Shown piece after piece: positions 47,417-54,739 of a DNA stretch of 64,000 nucleotides (the stretch's first letter is position 1; each line of letters opens with the position of its first letter). This DNA is from an uncultured virus (IMG/VR IMGVR_UViG_3300013120_000767) (taxonomy: Duplodnaviria; Heunggongvirae; Uroviricota; Caudoviricetes), in the IMG/VR virus record IMGVR_UViG_3300013120_000767, positions 62,001-126,000 of that record. The stretch is one strand, 5' to 3'. Under the pieces are notes generated by a model. It was not told the DNA's origin and made no database searches. It saw only the letters and a list, made by a program, of their open reading frames with translations. The position numbers were made by a program, and so were the translations under genes.

Positions 47417-48031
47417 TCATGGTAGCTCCTCTTCTTGCGCGTTTGCGGTCCCATAGGCCTCGGTGATTTCGGCGTGCAGCCGCATTACCCGGCGGTCGAT
47501 ATGGTGAATCTTCGCTAGAGCGTACTCCTGGCCGCATTCGAGAGCATCGTCGGCGGCCTTTCCGCATTCGTCGCTGATGGCGGCGAGCCGAGCTATGATC
47601 ATAGAGGCATCAAGCGGTGTTATTTTTGTCCTCTTCGGGTTGGCTCTCCCGGTTGCAGCGTACCTCATGACTCTGTTCCAGGCGGCGATGGCTTCTTCTC
47701 GATTCCCAGAGGATGGTCCCGTGCACCCGCAGGACTCGCCTGTACAGCAGACTCGGTGGTTGCCATAGTGGTTGGACATCACTACGGGTGCATTGTCGCA
47801 GCAGGAGCAGAGGGCCAGAGAGAGGAAACCTGCATTGTCCGGCCCGTCGATCATCCTGTTCCAAGCTATGACGGCCTTGTCGTGGGTGATTTTGCAGCCG
47901 GGCCCCACCCAGCAGGCTGCCTCGGAGCACATGGGATGGTGGAGGCCGTCCGAGGCAAAGACGACCTCGGCGAGGCTGTCGCAGTGGGGGCAAGGGTGCA
48001 TGGTGGGATCTCGTAGTGTAGAAACTGCCAT
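47417..48031 (-). CDS. Tandem Lar-like (restriction alleviation family) zinc-finger protein
   Basis: Two copies of 'C..C...C..C.GP....A...WNR'. Confidence 0.65.
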   Translation of the reverse strand: MAVSTLRDPTMHPCPHCDSLAEVVFASDGLHHPMCSEAACWVGPGCKITHDKAVIAWNRMIDGPDNAGFLSLALCSCCDNAPVVMSNHYGNHRVCCTGESCGCTGPSSGNREEAIAAWNRVMRYAATGRANPKRTKITPLDASMIIARLAAISDECGKAADDALECGQEYALAKIHHIDRRVMRLHAEITEAYGTANAQEEELP

Positions 48032-48044
48032 ATTTTCTCCTTCG

Positions 48045-48341
48045 TTAGCGCTTGACGTTGTAGACCATTATCTCGGCGAGCCCTCTGTACTGCGGGAGGT
48101 CCCTGTAGGTTTTTAACCACCACGTTGTGATTTCCTTGTCGGAGGCACCCTCGCCGAGGCTGTTGGGGATCTCGCAGACTTCCGTGGTCCATCTGCGGTC
48201 TTCCCACAGGAGGGCGATCTCGCAGGGCCAGTGGGTTGGTTGCCTGCCCTTTCCAAAGGTGAGGTCTACTCCCAAGTTGGGGTTCTCGGTAAGTAGGTCC
48301 TCTTCGATGCGATGCACTACTGGGGTGTATCGCTTGCTCAT
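48045..48341 (-). CDS. Hypothetical protein
   Basis: RBS GGAGGAGG. Confidence 0.6.
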   Translation of the reverse strand: MSKRYTPVVHRIEEDLLTENPNLGVDLTFGKGRQPTHWPCEIALLWEDRRWTTEVCEIPNSLGEGASDKEITTWWLKTYRDLPQYRGLAEIMVYNVKR

Positions 48342-48691
48342 AGGTTTCCCTCCTCCTTTTCGGCGTCGTACTCTTCTGTGGTGAATTCATAGCCGTCCCC
48401 GGTGGGGGGCCAGTGCTCCGTCACTGAGATTTCAATGGGGACGTAGCCCCCGACAGTACGCCAGATGAGGAGGGCGATTTCCTGCTCGATCAGCTCCTCG
48501 GGCGTGTCCTCCAGGCCGATGGCGACCAGTGGAGTACCTTCTTCCATTGGCCCCCTGCTGGTTACGAACCCGACCGTGAACAGGTCCCCTGCCACCAAGT
48601 GTTCGTTCAGGGCCACCAGGAGGGGCCCCGGGAAATTGACCGTGGTAAGGGGGACGGTGATGTTGTAGCTCCAGGTGCGTTGGTCGTTCAT
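48338..48691 (-). CDS. Hypothetical protein
   Basis: RBS AGGAG; starts MNDQRTW. Confidence 0.6.
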   Translation of the reverse strand: MNDQRTWSYNITVPLTTVNFPGPLLVALNEHLVAGDLFTVGFVTSRGPMEEGTPLVAIGLEDTPEELIEQEIALLIWRTVGGYVPIEISVTEHWPPTGDGYEFTTEEYDAEKEEGNL

Positions 48692-48960
48692 TTTTCTCCT
48701 GTGGGCTGCGCCCATCCGGTTATTTTCTCCATTTTCCAGAGTGACAATTGGGGGGCGTTTGCGTAGTCGGAGGAGGATATCGCCGTTCCTTCCCGGCGGC
48801 TTTTGAGAACCCGCCCAGTGCTCATGTCGACGACCTCTGTAGCCATTGCCGCTAGGCGGCAAGACCAGGGCACATCATACAACTCGACACGTTTGCCTCG
48901 CCGCTTGCGGGCGGGGACTTTCCACCACTTGTCGTTTATCTTCAAGGCAATCCAGGTCAT
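48688..48960 (-). CDS. Hypothetical protein
   Basis: ATGA-coupled. Confidence 0.55.
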   Translation of the reverse strand: MTWIALKINDKWWKVPARKRRGKRVELYDVPWSCRLAAMATEVVDMSTGRVLKSRREGTAISSSDYANAPQLSLWKMEKITGWAQPTGEK

Positions 48961-49169
48961 ACTGGGTCCTCAGGCTCGGCGCTCGGCACCAACTCGATGC
49001 TGCAGCAATCCGGGCATCGGCGGTTGCCGCTGGTATCCAGCAGGACCTGATAGCCTTGCGTGTGTGCGGAGCAGTTTAGGCATTGGAACCAGTCGTCTTC
49101 CCTGAAGTGCGCCGGGATTTCGGCTACTGCAGCAGCGAAGATACTGCGTATGGATTCGTTGTGGCTCAT
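48957..49169 (-). CDS. Small zinc-ribbon protein
   Basis: CLNC..CPDC. Confidence 0.6.
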   Translation of the reverse strand: MSHNESIRSIFAAAVAEIPAHFREDDWFQCLNCSAHTQGYQVLLDTSGNRRCPDCCSIELVPSAEPEDPV

Positions 49170-49984
49170 GCGTCCTCCAGGGTATAGCCTTGGTCAAGGT
49201 AGTATTGGACACAGTCCAACAACCCACTCCTTTTGTGGTCCCCTCCGAAGAAGCCGTAACACGAGTCTTCGATTTCCCCATTCCCACCAAAGACCTGAAA
49301 GCCGTAAACGGCACCGATGAGGTAGTCGTCATACACATCTACCTCGCTGCGCAGGTATTCCTTTATCTTCGTGATGCGGCCTCTATTGAGACGCTTCCAG
49401 CACATCTCCTCCCGCGCCTTTGTCTTCGAGATGAAGATGAAACCCACCTGTCCGCTGTCCCAAGGGCAGGTGAAGGGGTAGGTGCGCATGGTGATACCGC
49501 TGTGGGAGTACAGGTAGAGGGGGAGGACCACGGCCGGGTCCAGGTTCTTCCAGATCCAGGCTTCCATTTCCTCCCACCCGCTGAACTCTTCTGGTGGGGG
49601 AACTCCATGGTCCCTGTCCCCCAGGTCGTAGTTCCTGGCGTAGCACACCATGGTCCCGAGGTTGTCGTCTTCTCGGGGACTCACGGGCTGGTCGTCGATG
49701 ACTATCTTGACTACTTTTTCAGGATTCACGAGGCCCCTCCTTGGCTTCCTCGGCTGTTTGTTTCCATTGGATGCTCCCCTTAACGGGTGGACGCTCAGCA
49801 TCGCCTCCAGCAGCTCCCAGAACTTCTCGCTCATTCTTGTGCGTAGGGCGTTGCTGTGGGTGAGTACCCAGCTTCGCACTTCTTCCGGGGAGGGCACCTT
49901 CTCGCAGTCGTCGTAGGCGGACCCGAAGAGGGACTCCCAGATGTCATCAGCGGTGAACTCGATCTTGAAGACGGTGTTGTCATT
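49166..49984 (-). CDS. Hypothetical phage/plasmid early protein
   Basis: 'SPREDDNLGTMVC', 'LPLYLYSHSGIT', 'WDSGQVGFI', 'GAVYGF..DSCYGFFG'. Confidence 0.7.
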   Translation of the reverse strand, partial: NDNTVFKIEFTADDIWESLFGSAYDDCEKVPSPEEVRSWVLTHSNALRTRMSEKFWELLEAMLSVHPLRGASNGNKQPRKPRRGLVNPEKVVKIVIDDQPVSPREDDNLGTMVCYARNYDLGDRDHGVPPPEEFSGWEEMEAWIWKNLDPAVVLPLYLYSHSGITMRTYPFTCPWDSGQVGFIFISKTKAREEMCWKRLNRGRITKIKEYLRSEVDVYDDYLIGAVYGFQVFGGNGEIEDSCYGFFGGDHKRSGLLDCVQYYLDQGYTLEDA

Positions 49985-51074
49985 CATCTTTCGACATGCC
50001 TCCAATCTCCTCGGCACCTACTGGTACCTCGCCGACGATTTTCTCGTCGTTGAATGTCACGTCGGGGTTTTGCGGGTTCGCAATGAACGCCTCAAGCTTG
50101 TGGAGTGCTTCCCCCCTGGTCCTGGCGATGACAGTGTACTCCCCTTCCAATACTACCGCAGAGCGGACTATGAAGTACCGGTTGGGGAGATCTTCTTCCT
50201 GTACTTCCCGGTTGTGCAGCGCCCGGTCGACTTCAGCATCTTCGATTCGGGCAAAGTCCTTCTCTCGAAGCGCGCAGCGGTGGACCCGTTGCAGGGGGGA
50301 AGGGAGTCGTTCCTTGAAGTACGCCAGGAGTTTCCTCTTCTCTTCACCTTCCAGGAAGACGTGAGCGCCGTAGTTGCCCAAGCAGGCTTCTATGTCCTCC
50401 AGTTCCAGGTATCCCTGGATGACGTAGCGGGTGTAGTGGATGCGCCAGGTGTTGTCCTGGCCGCAGCTGAGCATGACCAACCAGTACCTCTGCCCGTGCT
50501 CGATGAGCAGGAAACCGAACTGCAGAGCCTTCTTCCGCAAGTCCTCGTAGTAGCCCCCGGCCATGCACCCGGCCGTGCATGTGTAGGGCACGTCCACTTC
50601 GTAGGCGGTGTTCCAGATGACGTCGAGGTCGACATGCCCTTCATAGCACTCCTCGCAGGGCTCGAATTCGAACTCGTAGGCGTTGTGGGCATAGTACTCT
50701 TTTACGTCCTCTTCGTCGACGCCGAAGTCGTCGATGAACGCTTGGACCACTGTGGCTTTGGCGTCGTCGTCCAGCTCTTCGTACTCCCCTGTCATGCCGA
50801 GGCGCCCGGCGTTCTCGGTGAAGAAGTCTCCCAGAGGCATGAGCATCTGCTCCTTGCAGTACCTGAACACGACCTGGAAGACCTCGTCTTCGTCCAACTC
50901 TTCGTACTTCCGATGGTTCTCGCCGTCGCAGAATGGGCAGGAGAGGTCGATGTCCTCCTGCCAGTTTTCCTGCTCCATGACCGCACCAAAATCCAGCGTG
51001 TTCAAAATTTCCTCCCTAAAGGAAGTGCCCCGGTCGATGACCCCCGGGGGTTGGGTCAAGCTGCTTTTCTTCAC
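49980..51074 (-). CDS. Acidic hypothetical protein, first gene of the early array
   Basis: 364 aa; CPFC..CEEC; 'LSCGQDNTW'; start uncertain. Confidence 0.7.
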   Translation of the reverse strand: MKKSSLTQPPGVIDRGTSFREEILNTLDFGAVMEQENWQEDIDLSCPFCDGENHRKYEELDEDEVFQVVFRYCKEQMLMPLGDFFTENAGRLGMTGEYEELDDDAKATVVQAFIDDFGVDEEDVKEYYAHNAYEFEFEPCEECYEGHVDLDVIWNTAYEVDVPYTCTAGCMAGGYYEDLRKKALQFGFLLIEHGQRYWLVMLSCGQDNTWRIHYTRYVIQGYLELEDIEACLGNYGAHVFLEGEEKRKLLAYFKERLPSPLQRVHRCALREKDFARIEDAEVDRALHNREVQEEDLPNRYFIVRSAVVLEGEYTVIARTRGEALHKLEAFIANPQNPDVTFNDEKIVGEVPVGAEEIGGMSKDE

Positions 51075-51075
51075 A

Positions 51076-51086
51076 GTACTTATAGC
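51076..51086 (-). promoter_or_regulatory. Candidate phage-specific promoter GCTATAAGTAC
   Basis: Heads the roughly 13-kb array of small genes; AT-rich upstream. Confidence 0.55.
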
Positions 51087-51132
51087 AAAATAAGGAAAGT
51101 TTTTGAGGCAGCCAGGCCATCAAAGGACCGAA

Positions 51133-52203
51133 CTACTCGAGCTCGAACGGCCACGGTTCTCGGCTTGCCCATGGCCCGTCGGTGGGGGAGCAGGTGTCCG
51201 GGTCCATGTCCTGGAGGCGGTAGAAGTCCCACCTCTGGCGGCATTTGTCCACTTCCTTGATGCGCCGGAAGGTCTGTTTGGTGCCGGAGTAGAACTTCTC
51301 CCTTACTCCGTCCCCGTCCGTGTCCACCTTGGGGTAGTACCCATCCGCCGCCCACCGGTACAACCCGGACGGAAGAGGCTGGCCTGGGTTGTGGGGGTCC
51401 TCTAGCCGCAGTCCGTCCTCCCCCCCTACTTTGAGGATAAGGATGACGTGGTGGTCCATTTCCACGAGGTTGACTTTGTTGAGCCAGTCCCAATGTTGGT
51501 ACAGGATGTTCAGCGGGCGCTGCTCCAGGCGCAGTTTCCCGTGCACTTCGAAATAGTCCCCGTACCCTGGAACGACGTGGCGACCTACCTTGGCATCATG
51601 CTTCGAAGTGGCGATTTTGCGCCCGCTGCGGCCGATGCGGAAGTTGTAGTCCTGGTTGACGCAGACAATGCCGCCCACCATCAGCCCCGCCCAGGGGGAG
51701 CAGGTCCCGCCGTGAACGGGCGCTTCCAGTTCATGGCCGGGGACTAGCCTCCCCACCTTGGGGACGACGAAGACCTGGTTGTTGTCAAACTGCTCCTTGT
51801 CGAACTGGTAGGGGTCGATCCACCCCCCGTACCGACATCCCTGCCCGCCGTCGCAGTTCTGCTGCTGCATGACAGCGGCGGAGATGCGCCGGTCGAAGTT
51901 GTTGGCCGGCAGCCCGAAGGGGAGGGCAGCGGCCTCCTCGAAGGTGTCGACGACCTCATTGGTGATGTGCGACTGTGCTGCGGCCAGGATGCCGTCCAGC
52001 GTCTGGATGGTTTCGCCGGCGTGGTCCCCCACCCCTACGTGCCCGTCGACTGCGAGCCCGTAGGCAGCCTGGAACGCCCGCACTGCGAAATCCGTCATGT
52101 TGAAGAATTTTCCGTCCTCGGGCCCTACAGGATAACCCGCCCTGTTGAGCTTTCCCTGTAACACCCGCACTTCCGCGTGAATCGTTCCGTGCTTAAGAAT
52201 CAT
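51133..52203 (-). CDS. Putative endolysin: N-terminal peptidoglycan-binding domain plus Cys/His catalytic-like domain
   Basis: 'VRVLQGKLN..GY..EDGKF..T..AVRAFQ..GLAVDG.VG..T'; 'GGTCS' and 'HVILI'. Confidence 0.7.
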   Translation of the reverse strand: MILKHGTIHAEVRVLQGKLNRAGYPVGPEDGKFFNMTDFAVRAFQAAYGLAVDGHVGVGDHAGETIQTLDGILAAAQSHITNEVVDTFEEAAALPFGLPANNFDRRISAAVMQQQNCDGGQGCRYGGWIDPYQFDKEQFDNNQVFVVPKVGRLVPGHELEAPVHGGTCSPWAGLMVGGIVCVNQDYNFRIGRSGRKIATSKHDAKVGRHVVPGYGDYFEVHGKLRLEQRPLNILYQHWDWLNKVNLVEMDHHVILILKVGGEDGLRLEDPHNPGQPLPSGLYRWAADGYYPKVDTDGDGVREKFYSGTKQTFRRIKEVDKCRQRWDFYRLQDMDPDTCSPTDGPWASREPWPFELE

Positions 52204-52218
52204 GTGTGGTCCCTCCTT

Positions 52219-52460
52219 TTGCGATTTCTTGACGGCCTGATTTAACCAGGTATCTTGGCCTCCTCCCCCACCTCACGGTGGGGGATTCCTGTCCACACAC
52301 TACCAATGTAAACTGTAGATGTCAAGCAAGTTGGGCGTCTCCTCGGTGGCCTGAAGGCGGGGGGTGTCCGCTGCTGGCGGAGTCGTAACTAACATGGAAG
52401 TACTGCGGGCACACCCCCCGATTGCGATTTCTTGACGGCTTGATTTAACCGGGTATTATG
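52219..52460 (+). repeat. Tandem duplicated sigma70-type promoter (35-40 bp direct repeat)
   Basis: 52219-52253 and 52422-52456 are 33/35 identical; each has TTGACG-N16-TAT(C/T)(A/T)T. Confidence 0.8.
52255..52393 (-). mobile_element. Miniature IS200/IS605-derived element, copy B (139 bp)
   Basis: Minus strand has a degenerate left hairpin, TTGACA-N17-TAGTGT, then right end GGAATCCCCCACCGTGAGGTGGGGGAGGAGGCCAA; excision restores the flanking repeat. Confidence 0.7.
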
Positions 52461-52499
52461 GGGGGTGAGAAAGGCAACCCCGCTCGGCGGAGGCGCTAC

Positions 52500-53450
52500 A
52501 TGATACAGTTGGATTATTACGATGACGGCGGTGAGTTCTTGGCCCAGACTGTGGGTGAGGGAAGGGAACTTGCCAAGGTCGCCGCTCGTGGGATCTCTAA
52601 GGGGGTGCGGGTAGACAAGGCGGACCATAAGAAGTTCCCCGACCAGGAGTTCGCCCTGGTGCGGAAACAGAAAGGCAAGGTTGTGGGAAGGTACTACCCG
52701 ATTTCGGACCAGGCCAACGCCTTGGTTTCCATGTTCTATTTCCTACACACGGGCAAGAAGCTCCCCGAAGAAGTCAGGGATGAGGTCAGCGCTCGACTCT
52801 TGACGGCGTTGAGGAAGTTCGGGCTCAAAGTGAAGGGCGGGGCCGACCTTTCCAAGACTGCCTCAGCGGAGTTTGACGAGGTACGAGAGCCAAAGGCTCG
52901 GCCTCAGCCGAAAAACTTCATCGTGGTGCGGGGGGCCAACGTCGGCTTTGACTCAAGAGACCAACTGGAGAAGCTAGCCGCTAGCTTGGCCGGCCAGATA
53001 GGCGCTTTGCGCCCCTGCGAGAGGCGGTCGGTGGCTTTGCAGCTGCTGATGCACGGAGTAGAGGCCCCCGACCCATTGAGCAAGTACGCTGCCGTAGATG
53101 AGAACACCAGTCGCCAGTTCCTGCTCGATCGGCGCCGTGCGTTCTTAGAGGCCCATCGGCCGGATGCGCTGAGCCTTTTTGACACCATCCTGGGAGAGCA
53201 GGACTTGGAGAAGCACGCCAGTATGTTGGACCAGTTGGACCAGGAGGTGTGCTTGAAGGGGCACCCGGACGCTTTCTTGACCACGTTCGGTCACCGGGAG
53301 GTGCCGCCCAAAGAGGAGGTCCCTGAAGACACCTTGGAGAAAGTGGCGGCGGTGATGGGCGCCACCGTGCGCAACGCCGTAGCCACGGGGAACATAGGAA
53401 TCCTGAGCCGTGAGCACCGTAGGGTGCTCACAACTATCATGGAGGAGTAG
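52500..53450 (+). CDS. Head-associated/internal protein (putative) with repeated L-x-K-x-A-A/S motifs
   Basis: RBS GGAGG; six motif copies; three genes upstream of the portal. Confidence 0.6.
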   Translation: MIQLDYYDDGGEFLAQTVGEGRELAKVAARGISKGVRVDKADHKKFPDQEFALVRKQKGKVVGRYYPISDQANALVSMFYFLHTGKKLPEEVRDEVSARLLTALRKFGLKVKGGADLSKTASAEFDEVREPKARPQPKNFIVVRGANVGFDSRDQLEKLAASLAGQIGALRPCERRSVALQLLMHGVEAPDPLSKYAAVDENTSRQFLLDRRRAFLEAHRPDALSLFDTILGEQDLEKHASMLDQLDQEVCLKGHPDAFLTTFGHREVPPKEEVPEDTLEKVAAVMGATVRNAVATGNIGILSREHRRVLTTIMEE

Positions 53451-53452
53451 AC

Positions 53453-54208
53453 ATGCCGAGCAACAACTTTGGAGCGTTCCTGTCGATGAGTTACCACGGC
53501 TGGTTCACTGAGCGCCTGAAGGACGTCCGAAGCTACATCGACCGGGCGTTCATGAACAGCGAGGGTGGCCTCCAGCGGAACACCATCCCCTTCTTCTGCC
53601 TGGGGGACGGGCCCGCCGGGGATGACCAGCACCCGATCATTGTGGACGCTGTGGCCTCGCACGAGATTTACATCGGAGCCTACCAGATCAACTATGGCCT
53701 GGGTTACTGGGCCCCGAAGGCCGGCTTCCGCCTTTACGCCTTGGAGGGCAACACGGGGAAGGACTACAACCTGGTCATCAACGTTGCTGCCGGCGCCGCC
53801 TTTGTTTTGGCGTGGGCCGCTGCCACCGAGACCTTGACCATTTCCATCCCGAACGACGAGTCCGGGACCTTGGCTGGGTTGCGCACCGCCTTGCTGGCGG
53901 ACGCCACCTTGCGGGAGATGTTTGCCGTGAGCGGCACGGATGCGGTCACCTTGGTTGCCGCCGACGTCATGGCCTCCACTGCCATCACTGCCCCGGGCAC
54001 CTGGGGAACCGGCGTGGCGGGAATGGCGATGCTCGCCGACCTGTACTTCTCCCGGTTGGAGCCGAACTGGGCCATGCTGCACATCCTGGCCGACCAGTTC
54101 AGCACGGCGCTGGACGCTTTCTTGCCCCTCACCCTTGTGGTTGAAGTGTGGAACGACGGCCAGCTCATGCAGTTCCACCACCTTGCCCAAGCCGAGGGCG
54201 CCGAGTAG
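53453..54208 (+). CDS. Virion structural protein (putative)
   Basis: RBS GGAGGAG; Ala/Gly/Thr-rich beta domain. Confidence 0.55.
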   Translation: MPSNNFGAFLSMSYHGWFTERLKDVRSYIDRAFMNSEGGLQRNTIPFFCLGDGPAGDDQHPIIVDAVASHEIYIGAYQINYGLGYWAPKAGFRLYALEGNTGKDYNLVINVAAGAAFVLAWAAATETLTISIPNDESGTLAGLRTALLADATLREMFAVSGTDAVTLVAADVMASTAITAPGTWGTGVAGMAMLADLYFSRLEPNWAMLHILADQFSTALDAFLPLTLVVEVWNDGQLMQFHHLAQAEGAE

Positions 54209-54217
54209 AGACGACAG

Positions 54218-54739
54218 GTGAAGCTGACTGATCCCGCACTCCACCCAGTGTTCTTGGCGTTCCTTTTGGACGAAGGGGGTGCTGGGTGGGTTGAGTGGGG
54301 GGCAGCGAAGCTGAGGTCGTTTGTCGGCCCTTGCTCCCAGGGCAATTGGAACAAGATTCAAGGGGCAAAGACCGTTCGCTGTTCCCACGCCGCATTTGAT
54401 GACTTTCGGGTCTTTTCTCACGTGGTGCAGGCACTCAACGGCAGGACCCCTAACTTCTTGCTGTTGGAGCCCCCGAGCATCCCTGAGTTGGTGGGTGGGG
54501 CGCAGATGGTGATGTTGCTCGCGTTGCACACGGATAAGCAGTTCGCCCCCGAAGTTTATCGGTACGCAGCGGCCGTGAGCGACCTGCATGGGGCGGGGAC
54601 TTTACCGGAACCGTTGAAAAAGTCTTCGGAGTATGTAAAGGTACCAATAAGGGCCCCCGGTCTCCGCGAGGAAGCTGCGGAGTATGTGGGGAAGTTGAAC
54701 CGGGTGTTGATCGCCCAGATGGAGGCGCACGGTGGGTGA
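54218..54739 (+). CDS. Hypothetical protein
   Basis: In the operon upstream of the portal. Confidence 0.6.
   Translation: MKLTDPALHPVFLAFLLDEGGAGWVEWGAAKLRSFVGPCSQGNWNKIQGAKTVRCSHAAFDDFRVFSHVVQALNGRTPNFLLLEPPSIPELVGGAQMVMLLALHTDKQFAPEVYRYAAAVSDLHGAGTLPEPLKKSSEYVKVPIRAPGLREEAAEYVGKLNRVLIAQMEAHGG

Larger units (their letters stand above)
46017..47420 (-). pseudogene. 59-aa phage gene split by the IS (47420-47352 joined to 46127-46017)
   Basis: Removing 46128-47351 gives the in-frame MSSLYNRLKGGDLRLLSGTTHTV|VILEPDDFYKIEIQVTDTGVTLRLVPIVDFGEPGGK*. Confidence 0.8.

Noticed and set aside
52219..52456. Repeat-spacer-repeat as a mini CRISPR array
   Set aside because: Only two units; each carries -35/-10 boxes; the repeat extends to 40 bp once the insert is removed; no cas operon. 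Tandem promoter duplication explains it better.
49941..54589. Long antisense ORFs 49941..51260 and 53291..54589
   Set aside because: Fully overlap well-supported genes on the other strand; composition typical of antisense frames.
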